NCBI RefSeq assembly: GCF_006345805.1
Contig: NW_021833539.1
Span: 1 to 28,313 of the forward strand
DNA from: Octopus sinensis
Lineage: Eukaryota
DNA: 28,313 bases
Reading direction: 5' to 3'
Positions 1 through 10,936 of the stretch are shown here, piece by piece. The notes under the pieces are model-generated. The model saw only the letters and a program-made list of their open reading frames with translations. It had not been told where the DNA came from and made no database searches. Every line of letters begins with the position of its first letter. Position 1 is the first letter of the stretch. Made by a program: the position numbers and the translations under genes.

Positions 1-153
1 CACCTCCCCACCTCCACCACCACTGCTACTGTTACTACTACTACTACTACTACCACAACTACTACTGCAACTTAAAAGCTCACCACCCTTTTCACGCTCT
101 CGCCATCCTTCTCGTCTCCATATCTCGCCACCTCCTCTTCCACCTCATCTTAC

Positions 154-303
154 TTCCTCTCCACTTTATTCCACCAGTGACAGCTTCCGGTTGGTGTTTA
201 AACATCTCACACTGTTTCCGGTACAAATGTAAAACATCAAACTCCATCAAATGGCGGCTTTGATTGGGTTTCTTTAAAGAAACTGGCAGCAGACTTGCAG
301 GGT
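154..303 (-). CDS. Possible internal coding exon, product unknown
   Basis: Complex sequence between repeats. Minus-strand acceptor ttgtttccag|A at 304/303, open frame PASLLPVSLKKPNQSRHLMEFDVLHLYRKQCEMFKHQPEAVT, and donors after 175 (G|GTGGAA) or 154 (A|GTAAGA), both phase 1-1. No family recognised. Confidence 0.2.
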
Positions 304-319
304 CTGGAAACAACCACAG

Positions 320-631
320 CACCGCCACCGCCATCGCCGCAATCGTCGCCATCATCATCATCATCATCGTCCTCATCGTCGTCGTCGTCGTCGTAGTCGT
401 CATGGTCATCATCCTTGTCGTTATCACCATCGCCATCAACATCATCATCATAATCATAAGCCCCCTCCTTACCACCCTCGTTATTACCGTCATCCTCATC
501 AGTATCATCATCTTTATCACCGCCTCATCATCATCATCAGCAGCAGCAGCAGCAGCACCATCATTGTCTACAACACCTCCACCACCATCGTTCTTATTGA
601 TGACGATGATGATGACGACGACGACGACGAC

Positions 632-682
<51 letters not shown>

Positions 683-800
683 GGTGATGATGATAACGAT
701 GATAACGATGATGATGACGTTGAAGATGATGACGATGATGATGATGGTGACAATGACACATGTTACTATCATTGTCGCCGTTATTGTTGTTGTTGTTCAT
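320..800. repeat. Trinucleotide mosaic (CAT/CGT/CAC runs switching to GAT/GAC/GGT runs near 600)
   Basis: Seen directly. It produces the poly-I/V/T/M/H/S ORFs 92..772, 264..824, 568..759 and 594..800. Confidence 0.95.
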
Positions 801-950
801 GTTACTCTGTTCTCATTCCTTTAATTCCTTCATATTTCCAGCCCAAAAGCCGCGGCCATGCTGGGGCGCCGACATTCGTTACCGGTTTTTATATAATTGT
901 TACTGTTACTATCATAACTATTGCTATAGCTATCGTTATTGTCGATATCC

Positions 951-1023
<73 letters not shown>
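951..1023 (+). repeat. (GTT)n microsatellite
   Basis: Near-perfect GTT run, seen directly. Confidence 0.97.
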
Positions 1024-1024
<1 letters not shown>

Positions 1025-1313
1025 CCCGTCCTCTTTTCTCATTTGCATATTATTTTATTTTTTAGTTCAGAGTTTGTGTACTTTTTTTTATATGTCGTAT
1101 TTTTTTGTTTTGTGTTTTTTTCCAAAATCTTCGTTGTCCTTTTTATTGTTGCTGCTACTGCTGCTACTGCTCCACTTAGTGAGCAATGTGATGTAATTCG
1201 GTTAAAATGAGCGGAAGTGAGATCCTCCTGGTTTTATTTTGTTTTATTTTATAATTTTTTTTTCTCAACGTGATCAGTTTTACATTTCTCTAGCGAATCA
1301 ACCACGCGGCAGA

Positions 1314-1419
1314 ACATCCACCCGGCACGTCCACCCGGCACGGCCTCCAGGCACAGCCACCCGGTACATCCACCCGGAAAATCCACCCGTCACAGACACA
1401 TCTACCCGACACGTCCACC
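1314..1419 (+). repeat. Diverged 13-bp minisatellite, consensus ACATCCACCCGGC, about 8 units
   Basis: Units start at 1314, 1327, 1340, 1353, 1366, 1379, 1398 and 1411 (partial), with a 6-nt insert at 1392-1397. Confidence 0.85.
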
Positions 1420-1509
1420 AATCAAACAGAATAGCAACCGGGGAGGGGGGCGAGCTTCTGAATTGCCCCACAACCTGGGCCCAGTGAAGCACATCAATAC
1501 AGTCTTTAA

Positions 1510-1800
1510 CACACACACATACATTCACATACACATACATACACACATATACAAACATACACATACAAGTACACATGCATACACACATGTACAACACACA
1601 TACATACACTCATACGCATACATACATACATGCATACATACACACACACATGCACACATGCACATGCGGATACATACATACACAGGCGCAGTCACACATC
1701 ATACATGCGCAAACGCACGCATGCACATGCTCAGACACATATGCACAGTCACACACACACATGCAAACGCGCTCACATACACACACACACACACACATGC
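1510..1800 (+). repeat. Degenerate (CA)n/(CATA)n microsatellite
   Basis: Seen directly. Confidence 0.95.
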
Positions 1801-2127
1801 GTTGCCGTAAATTAAGTCTTAAAATCGTTTGGTACGCAGCAGCAGCAGCAGTAGGGGGGGGGGAGTGCCGACGGCCTTCGACGAGAAACGAAGGTTGGGC
1901 ATGATGGTAAAGAAGCGAGATCTCAACCGGAGATACGATGCCAAGGCGGCCCCACAACCGTTCATAGCAGCACCCCCACGCTTGCGCACGGCCACCTGTG
2001 TCTCTGAGTTGCGAAGGTGTGGAGAGAGAGATCGAACTCAACAACTCACAAAAGCTATCTAATAGAAGGTAAGGCGTGAAGATCCATTCATGGCGCCCTG
2101 GTTTATCTGCATGGTGGCGATAGCTAA

Positions 2128-2360
2128 GGCGGCGAGCTGGCAGAGTGGTTAGCACTCCGGGCGAAATGCTTATTGGTATTTCGTCTGTCCTTATGTTCTG
2201 AGTTCAAATTCCGCCGAGGTCGACTTTGCCTTTCATCCTTTCGGGGTCGCTGAAATAAGTACCAGTTATGCACTGGGATCGATATAATCGACTTAATCCG
2301 TTTGTCTGTCCTTGTTTGTCCCCTCTATGTTTAGCCCCTTGTGGGTAGTAAAGAAATAAG
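2128..2360 (+). mobile_element. tRNA-derived SINE, family A, near full length
   Basis: Pol III A box TGGCAGAGTGG (2138-2148) and B box GAGTTCAAATT (2200-2210). The body CCGCCGAGGTCGACTTTGCCTTTCATCCTTTCGGGGTCG recurs at 24651+, 25718-25938(-) and 27528-27690(-). It matches an abundant octopus SINE from memory. Confidence 0.88.
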
Positions 2361-3190
2361 ATGGTGGTGGCAACAGTGGTAGTGGTGATCGTAGCAGAGA
2401 TGGCGGCGGCGACAGCAAAGGTGGCGGCGGTAGCTTTAGCAGTGGTGATGGCGGTGATGGTGATGGCAGCGACAACAGCGGCGGCAGCGACGGGATTGTT
2501 GGTGGTGGTCGTAGCTGTGTTGTCGTGACCGTTGGTATTGGTGTTGGTTGGTTTGTTTCGTGGGGGGTGGGGCAGTGCTAGTTATAGCAGTGACTATCTT
2601 GCTGTTGTTGTTCGCCGTGGTGGTCATGGTGATTGTGATAGTGTTGGTAGTGATGCTGTTTAAAGGTGTCGTAATTGGTTTTTGCTGGTGCTGTTGATAG
2701 TGGTAATGATGATGATGATGAGATGATGATGATGATGATGATGAGATGATGATGATGATGATGATGATGATGACTGCAGTGGTTGATAGATGGTGTTGAT
2801 AGTGGTGATTGTTGTGGTTGTTGTTGCTGTGTATTTCCGGGTTCAACCCTATTAGATGTGTTTTATAGGACGCAGGCACCGTGGCCGAAGACCATGGGGC
2901 GGCCCACGGAACAACCCTCTCAGTTACACCACCACCACTACCACCACCACCATCACAATCATCATCATCACCACAAACCCCTCTACTATTTCCACCAACC
3001 ATCATCACATCGGACAACTACCACCACCACCACCACCATCAATGCCCTAATTCACAAGTACCACTGCTGCTACCATGATGACCTCAACTACCTCTACTGC
3101 CACTATCACCATCATACTACCAACAGCAACAACAACAATAATCACCTAACGCCAACCACTACCACTACCACCACCACCACCACCACCACT
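2361..3190. repeat. Trinucleotide mosaic (GGT/GAT runs, unique core at about 2830-2925, then CAC/CAT runs)
   Basis: Seen directly. Confidence 0.9.
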
Positions 3191-3859
3191 TGCTGGCTCG
3201 TAAACAAACTGTCAGGACGCCAATCCCAACGTAATATAACACACACACACACACATACATACACACACACACATGTACGCGTTCATGCACACATGCACAC
3301 ACACACGCACACACACGCGCACACACATTAGCATCATCACAACACATCGACACATCAACGCAGAAAATAAAAATAAAAAAACCTCTTTCATAAACTCTTG
3401 GAAGCCCCAACGGAATAAATTCCACAAGAAAGAGAGGCAAGGTTTCCAGAATTCAACAGTATACATCATCATCATCATCATCATCATCAACATGGTGTAG
3501 CTGATAAGAAAAGAAACGTAGATACTTCTGTACAGCACCACCGCAACCGCTCACACGTACGATCGACACCAGCAGACCCATCAACATGGACACCACTCTT
3601 GCACATCGCTGCAATCACCACCAAAGGCACTGTTCTGCATAATTTAACAAAAGCGTTTTCAATGTGTCTAAAAAAGCGTATCCCATGAGGCAACACGAAA
3701 ACTACAAACCCAGTTTCACCTCAGAAATAATTAACCTGATAAAAAAAAACTAGACACAACTTCATACAAAATACACAGAAACCACACACAACAGAAATAA
3801 AATTCTGAAACTCAATATCAAAACTACGTTTTCTTTTTTCCTTTTTTTCTCCTCAAAGC

Positions 3860-3958
3860 CTAGCAGTTCGGCTAAGAGAAACCGATGAAGTACCAGACTT
3901 TAAAGCACTAGAATCGACCTTACCCACAAAGTCCTTCAAGATGGTGCTCTTGCATGGC
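3860..3958 (+). mobile_element. Degenerate 3' fragment of SINE family B
   Basis: ctagcagttcggctaagagaaaccgat...ggtgctcttgcatggc resembles ctagcggttcggcaaaagacaccgat...ggtgctccagcatg at 15283-15380 and the copy near 22105. Confidence 0.55.
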
Positions 3959-4244
3959 TCTAGGTTTTTTTTTTTAACCATATTACCAATCCGAAGATTA
4001 TGGTGTGTAGGATTAAAGTTTTGGGATTTTAAGCTGAAACTGCGAAACTGCGCTGATTCTGTTTCCCATGGCTGATGAGAGGTCTTCCATGGTTAATTGC
4101 ACTTTTGCATTGTTTCCATGTCTCACTTTGATTTTTGATAGAAAAAGAAAATTATTAAACAAAAATAAAAAATAAACGAAAGACAAACAGAAAGTGTCAA
4201 CCATTTGTATCTATGATAACAAAACTAACAGTAAAACACTCAAA

Positions 4245-4321
4245 ATGCTCGGACCGGGAATCGAAACCGCGTTCTTACGACCGCGAGTCCGCTGCCCTAA
4301 CCACTGGGCCATTGTGCCTCC
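4245..4321 (-). mobile_element. tRNA-like head of SINE family B
   Basis: Reverse complement ggaggcacaatggcccagtggttagggcagcggactcgcggtcgtaagaacgcggtttcgattccc aligns to the head at 14973-15040. A and B boxes are present. Confidence 0.85.
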
Positions 4322-5029
4322 AATGTTGCTGCTGTTTCTATTGTTACTGTTATCTTCGCTGTTATTATTGTCATCCTTGTTGTTCCTAGTGTTAATGTTA
4401 TCATAGTTGAGGTTGTTGTTGTACTTGTTGTTGTGATTGTTGTAATCTTTGTTAATGTTGTTACCGTTGTCCTGTTGTTCAGCTATGGGAGTATTCCTGA
4501 TAAAAAATGCGTTCCAAACGCGACCATCTCGTCATTTTCCTTTCTTCTTTCTTTTCAGGTACACTGTAACCAAAAACCACATTATCCGATATGTGCCTTC
4601 GTTCCAAAGAACATCGGGCATGGTTTGAAATGCATTTCGGTGCTATTTCTAACAAATCCAGCAACAAACTCTAACCCTAACCCTAACAAACATAGATACA
4701 TCCCAGATTTCTCTAAAGCAATTTATCAAATCCTTCAAGATACTCCAAAAATTGCAAAAAGTTTCCTCAAAATTAAACTCGTTTCTTGTTCTTTCTTCGC
4801 TATCCCCTGAACACGTTTCAAACTTCATTTTAGCCATTAGGAATCCGTGTGTTAGCAGAAACAAATATCTTTCTAGGGTTACGAACGTAAATCATGATGC
4901 GGAGATTCTGTATGAGATGAGGAAAACACTTTGAAAGATTAAGTGATATTAGCATCGGAATTCAACAGAGAATCTCATTTATTTGGCACGATGGAGAACT
5001 TTGCTTAATCAATGCTATTCACATTGTAT

Positions 5030-5272
5030 ATCCACACACACATATATATGTATGTATATATATATATATATATATATATACACGCGCAAACGTGCTTACA
5101 TCCATACTTATATACATTTTCATATGAATGTATGTATATATATATATACGTATACACACATATATATATGTGCATGAATATGTATGTGTATGTTTATACA
5201 AGTGTGGTGGGCATATATGTACATGTAAATATATATGTGTGTGTGTGTGTGCCTGTATGTATATATGTATGC

Positions 5273-5315
<43 letters not shown>

Positions 5316-5452
5316 AAAGCGTAAATGTGTGTGTGTGTATACTTATATATGCACACACACACACACATATACATGAATATATATATGAATATATATCATG
5401 CACATCTGTGCAAGTATACGTGTGTCCACTTTTGTCTATACACTCCCTCTCT

Positions 5453-5524
<72 letters not shown>

Positions 5525-5525
5525 C
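5030..5525. repeat. Compound (TA)/(TG)/(CT)/(CA) microsatellite
   Basis: Seen directly. Confidence 0.95.
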
Positions 5526-5714
5526 AAATAACACTACATTTTCAGCGCAACATGGACATTTGGACGAGGTCAGACAGTTTCTATGTTGCTGCTGCTGCTG
5601 TTCCTGCTACTGTCGCTGCTGCTGCTGTTGTTGCTGTTGTTGCTGCTGTTGCAGCTATTGTTATTGTTGTTGTTGACATGGTCGTCCTTTTGTTGTGGTC
5701 ATTATTTATCGCAG

Positions 5715-5871
5715 CTCAGCCCTGACCCAATATTATTAGAAGTAGCGCAACCGCGACCAAGGCCTGATATTTTCAGTATGCAAGAGGGAATCCTACGCCA
5801 CATCTTCTCTGTCCTATTTGACACGAACCGGCCTGACTGGCCGAAAATAATTCGGCTGCTATTTCTTGCAA
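5715..5871 (+). CDS. Possible coding exon, product unknown
   Basis: Complex island between GCT/GTT repeats. Acceptor ttatttatcgcag|C, only one open frame (LSPDPILLEVAQPRPRPDIFSMQEGILRHIFSVLFDTNRPDWPKIIRLLFLA), and a weak donor CAA|GTCGAG. Confidence 0.25.
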
Positions 5872-6051
5872 GTCGAGCAACCATATACAAGCTGCCGCGT
5901 TGTCGTCGTTCTTGTTGTTGTTAACGCTGATCCTACTATTATTACTGTTGTTGTTGTTGTTGCTGATGATGATAGTGATGATGATGATGCCGCTGCCGCT
6001 GCTGCTGCTGTTATCGTTTTATTAAAGACTTTTAAACTAACTCAATGATTT

Positions 6052-6129
6052 ATTGGTATCGATCTAACAATTCGAGCCAGCTGTCACGTGATTGGCTATT
6101 GGACCATCTGTTCTTCGATAGGTTATTGG
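6052..6129. promoter_or_regulatory. Cluster of CCAAT boxes and E-boxes (candidate promoter or enhancer)
   Basis: ATTGG at 6052, 6091, 6098 and 6125. GTCACGTG at 6083-6090, CAGCTG at 6078 and CATCTG at 6105. Confidence 0.35.
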
Positions 6130-6169
6130 TGATCGAAAGGGAGAAAAACAGAAAACGTGTAACAACGCC

Positions 6170-6503
6170 TGTGTGTGTATATGTGTGTGTGTACATGTGT
6201 GCGTGTGTGTGTGTGCACGTGGAAGTGTGTGTGTGTGTGTGTGTGTGTGTGCATGTGGGAGTGTGTGTGTGTGTGTGTGATATAAGAATATATTAAGTTG
6301 CACGAGGATATATGTCTCCGTAAGTGGAGATGCGTGTGTATGTGTGTGTGAATATGCGTGGGTGAATATATGTGTGTATATATATATGAATATAAGTGCT
6401 GGAAGTAATGTGAAAACAAGCATACACGCAAATACATACATGTGTGTGTGTGTGTTTGTGTGTTTGTGAGCGTATATGCACACACAACTACGCATGTGCA
6501 TGC

Positions 6504-6534
<31 letters not shown>
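6170..6534. repeat. Compound (TG)n/(TA)n microsatellite with short unique inserts
   Basis: Seen directly. Confidence 0.92.
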
Positions 6535-6726
6535 CAGTCGCCATGATAGATCGTTAGCCACTACACACATTTTTTCTCTCCTTGTTTTTTTCTGAGTCCC
6601 TTTCTGTAGAAGAGCGTAGGCTCGAAACGTAAAAGACATTTTCTATTCCTGAGCGTTATACTAATACATCTGTTTGTTTTGTACACCTCCTGTCTTCGTC
6701 TTTTGTTTTTTTACGTAAACTCTCCC
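6535..6726 (+). mobile_element. Penelope-like element (PLE) terminal fragment flanked by (TA)n
   Basis: Contains the GAAGAGCGTAGGCTCGAAACG hammerhead-type signature typical of PLE termini, with (TA)n on both sides. It resembles a common octopus repeat from memory. No RT or GIY-YIG coding sequence is present here. Confidence 0.55.
6596..6637 (+). ncRNA. Minimal type I hammerhead-ribozyme-like motif with a non-canonical core
   Basis: Stem I CTTT(6600-6603)/AAAG(6632-6635); core CTGTAGA (6604-6610; canonical CUGANGA); stem II GAGC-GTAG-GCTC (6612-6623); GAAA (6624-6627); palindromic ACGT in place of helix III; predicted GUA cleavage after 6631. Confidence 0.5.
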
Positions 6727-6796
<70 letters not shown>

Positions 6797-6797
6797 A
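6727..6797. repeat. (TA)n microsatellite
   Basis: Seen directly. Confidence 0.97.
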
Positions 6798-7176
6798 TGT
6801 TTACATACAGCCATTCTCAGTTAGATACGTATATTCTAAAGACTGCATAGACACACACATACACAAACATGTGTGCCCACATGCATATACACCCAGCGAT
6901 TATACATGTTTGTGTGTTTCTGTTCGCCGCCTTCCTGCAAACTATAATAATAATATTGGTGATGCCGAAGTGGTTCAGCATACCAAGACACCAGCACCAA
7001 CACCGTCACACTTTCTTCACAAGTCCAGTGGTGGTAAGGATGGAGGCGACGGAGACAGACAGAGGATGCTATGGGAAGTCTTCAGCTTTGACCCAGCACA
7101 CAAGGGAGATGTAGAGTGATGCTCATTTTTATCGGCTGTCCACAAACAACAATATGTATGTATACTTATATAATAT

Positions 7177-7236
7177 ACGCAGACGACAACTGAAAGACGC
7201 AGACGACGACTGAAAGACGCAGACGACAACTGAAAG
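7177..7236 (+). repeat. 20-bp tandem repeat x3 (ACGCAGACGACAACTGAAAG)
   Basis: Units 7177-7196, 7197-7216 (one substitution) and 7217-7236. Confidence 0.95.
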
Positions 7237-7940
7237 AATAATAAACTGGCGTGGATAAACCTATATTGTTAGGTACATCATTAACCAGAGTCAGTACGAT
7301 ATTGACACTGGAAAGCATGGTATCTCTCATCTTGAAAGCGTCAGGATAGAATGCACATAGTCTTATGATTAAGATACCGAAAACATACAAATGGGGTAAA
7401 AAATACGGACAGCAGACACCGGAATATTTCGGTTTGAGACAGAAACCAACAGAGAGTATACAAGCATAGAGGAATGTGTGTGGGGGGTGCATCTGTGCTT
7501 ATATGTGTGTGTTTGTCGCTCCTCGAACCCAAATATTCTGGTGTCGTACCTCAGGCATATGAACCTAGTAGAGCCCACTTTTTTGCACATCTGAACAATG
7601 ACGGTGATAGTGTCTGTCGGTGGTGACGGTGGTAGACAGCTGTGGTGATAATGATCGTGGTGTTGGTGGTGGTGGTGGTGGTGGTGGTGGTGATCATGAT
7701 ATTGTGTTGGTAGTGGTGATGTTGTTGTTAGAAACGATCATGACGTTGGTGGCGGTGTTGGTGTTGATGATGATGATGAATTTGTTGTTGGTAGTGATGA
7801 TGATGGTGGTGGTGGTGGTGGTGGTGGTAGTAGTAGTGATGTTGATTCTGATAATGGTGGTAGTGATTGCGTTATTGCTGTTGTTGCTGTTGATGGTGGT
7901 GGTCTTGGTGGCCGTCGTCGTAGTCGTGATGGTCGTCGTG

Positions 7941-8133
7941 GTGGCCGTCGTGGTGGCCGTCGTGGTGGCCGTCGTGGTGGCCGTCGTGGTGGCCGTCGTG
8001 GTGGCCGTCGTGGTGGCCGTCGTGGTGGCCGTCGCGGTGGCCGTCGCGTGGTGGCGTCGTGGTGGCCGTCGTGGTGGCCGTCGTGGTGGCCGTCGTGGTG
8101 GCCGTCGTGGTGGCCGTCGTGGTGGCCGTCGTG
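7941..8133 (+). repeat. 12-bp minisatellite (GTGGCCGTCGTG) about x16, within a GGT/GAT mosaic spanning 7600-8200
   Basis: Seen directly. Small indels near 8035-8060 shift the reading frame from VAVV to GGRR repeats. Confidence 0.95.
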
Positions 8134-8339
8134 GTGGTGGTGGTGGTGGTGGTAGTGATGGTGAAAATGGTAGTGACGGTGATGATTACTAGTGATGGTG
8201 GAGGTTTATGGTAACGGTGAGATAATCTCTCCTTCCCGCCCCACCCCGCCCTTCTCCGCCCCGCCAGGGAGTGCTTTTAAGTGCCCCCTCCCCCCACGCT
8301 CCTCTTTGCGCAATATCTCTCGAGACGAAGCTATAAAAG

Positions 8340-8410
8340 CCACTCGCCCGAAGACGTCACGCACAGGAATCGAACCAGGTCCCTGACGATTGCCAAAGCG
8401 AACGTTCGAA
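8340..8410 (-). mobile_element. Probable highly degenerate SINE head
   Basis: The minus strand carries a B box GGTTCGATTCC (plus-strand ggaatcgaacc at 8367-8377), and the flanks loosely resemble the SINE heads at 13750-13849 and 15520-15590. Confidence 0.35.
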
Positions 8411-8418
8411 TCTCCACT

Positions 8419-8491
8419 CCCCACCCGCCAGCCCCACCCGCCAGCCCCACCCGCCAGCCCCACCCGCCAGCCCCACCCGCCAGCCCCACCC
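8419..8491 (+). repeat. 13-bp GC-rich minisatellite (CCCCACCCGCCAG) x5.6
   Basis: Five perfect units from 8419, plus an 8-nt partial unit. Confidence 0.97.
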
Positions 8492-8709
8492 TCCCACAGG
8501 TCTGCGTCTAACGTAGCAACAGAAAAAACAATTATTAAACTACAAACAACTTGGAATATTGGTTAAAACATCCTGATGGCTTGGAGATATATTTCTGCAG
8601 ATAGAGGGAGCTGTTGTTTTAATCAGAGTAAGATGTGATTGGATGTGCAAGTGGTGATTGGGAGGAGGTGTGGTGGTCAGAAGGAACGTCTGGACATTAA
8701 TGTAATCTG

Positions 8710-9350
8710 GTGGTCATGGGGGGCGGGTAGTGATGGTGATCATTGATAGTGGTGGTGGTGGTGTGGTGGTGGTGGTGGCGGCTGTGGCGGCGGCGGCGGC
8801 ACTCATGGTGATCATGGGGGCACTGATGGTGGTGGTGGTGGTGGTGATCGTCGTCGTCGTCGTCATGACAGCTGTAGTGGTAGTGGTGGTGGTTGCAGTG
8901 GTGGCGATGTTGGTGATGGTGATGGTGGTAATGGTGATGGTTGTCTTAGGTGTAGCGGTAGTAGTAGTAGAAGCAGTAGAGCTGGTTATGGTAATAGTGG
9001 TGATTGGTGGTTGTGAGGGAGGGGGCACGGAGGGTTGGCAGTGTTGGTGATGGGGGGGTACTAATCGGTGAGAGAGATTGCGGCCATGGGGAGCGAAGAT
9101 GGCGGCGACGGTGGTGAAGGGGGAAGCAGGAGGGGAGGGCAGATATGGCGGTTATGATAATGATGGTGGTGGTAGTGGTGGTTGTGGTGGTGGTGGTGGT
9201 GGTGTGGTGGTGGTGGTGATATGGTGGTGGTGGTGGTGGTGGTGGTGATGGTGGTGGTGGTGTGGTGGTGGTGGTGGTGGTGGTGGTGGTGGTGGTGGTG
9301 GTGGTGGTGGTGGTGGTGGTGGTGGTGGTGGTGATGGTGATGGTGGTGTA
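8710..9350 (+). repeat. (GGT)n-dominated trinucleotide mosaic
   Basis: Seen directly. Source of the poly-P/H/T ORFs on the minus strand. Confidence 0.93.
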
Positions 9351-9609
9351 GAGTCTGGTCTATTATATTTCTGAGACTTGGGCGAAGAAGAACTTCTGGA
9401 AGTTTCCATATCAAATGTGGACGGGGGGGGAGTGGGGGGGAGAGGCAGAGTCAGTGATTTTTATTTTATTTCATTTTATTTTATTTTATTTTATTTTATT
9501 TGTTTTGCTTGTTTTGTTATTTTTTAATTATTAAAGTGTTTGGATGGAATTTTGTTCTGTGAGGACATTGGAATGAGTGTGGGTCGACTTCAGACGAGTG
9601 ATATACGTA

Positions 9610-10655
<1,046 letters not shown>

Positions 10656-10808
10656 TGTTTGTAGGAATGTATGTATAAATGTATGTAGTCTGTTGAACTC
10701 CTGCAGTAGTTCATTACCTTTGATTAATATAGGTGAAACTTTAACAATTACCATAAACAACAAGAATATTATGTAGACACATTATCTTCTTCGTGTCTTC
10801 CAAACCAG

Positions 10809-10845
10809 TACAAAAGCCTGAAGTGCTGCGCCAAATCACCAACAG
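10809..10845 (+). CDS. Possible 37-nt exon
   Basis: Acceptor ttcttcgtgtcttccaaaccag|T and donor CAG|GTAGAA. Open frames read YKSLKCCAKSPT or QKPEVLRQITN. Confidence 0.2.
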
Positions 10846-10936
10846 GTAGAATTCTGTTCTTTGTTTTTGTTTGTTTTTTATTAATGTAGAATATCATAAA
10901 GAACGTCTGTGTGTCCAGAATGAACGTTACAGAAAG

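Noticed and set aside
1211-1219. Isolated ETS/GABP motif GCGGAAGTG (CGGAAGTG also at 18973)
   Set aside because: Single short motifs with no supporting context.
4672-4687. Telomeric repeat (CTAACC)n
   Set aside because: Only about 2.5 units, too short to indicate an interstitial telomere.
5545-5583. Ankyrin-like peptide AQHGHLDEVRQFL, and TPLLHIAA near 3590-3615
   Set aside because: Each match is only 8-13 residues, the two are not linked by compatible splice sites, and no further ankyrin repeats are present.
7177-7236. Short direct repeats as possible CRISPR arrays (also 10937-11307 and 13208-13438)
   Set aside because: Units are contiguous with no unique spacers, there are no cas genes, and the context is eukaryotic.
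7424-7465. Third hammerhead-like hairpin on the minus strand (GGTTT-loop-AAACC-GAAA-TATT)
   Set aside because: The CUGANGA core is not recognisable (CTGTT only) and stem I does not pair.
8601-8627. 27-nt microexon IEGAVVLIR, and similar short AG..GT pairs at 12524-12592 and 18315-18370
   Set aside because: Pairs of this quality are expected by chance in AT-rich introns, and nothing links them to the other candidates.
9152-9409. Formin-like poly-proline ORF (METSRSSSSP...PPPP)
   Set aside because: The prolines come from a (GGT)n microsatellite with frame-breaking indels, and no FH2-like sequence is nearby.
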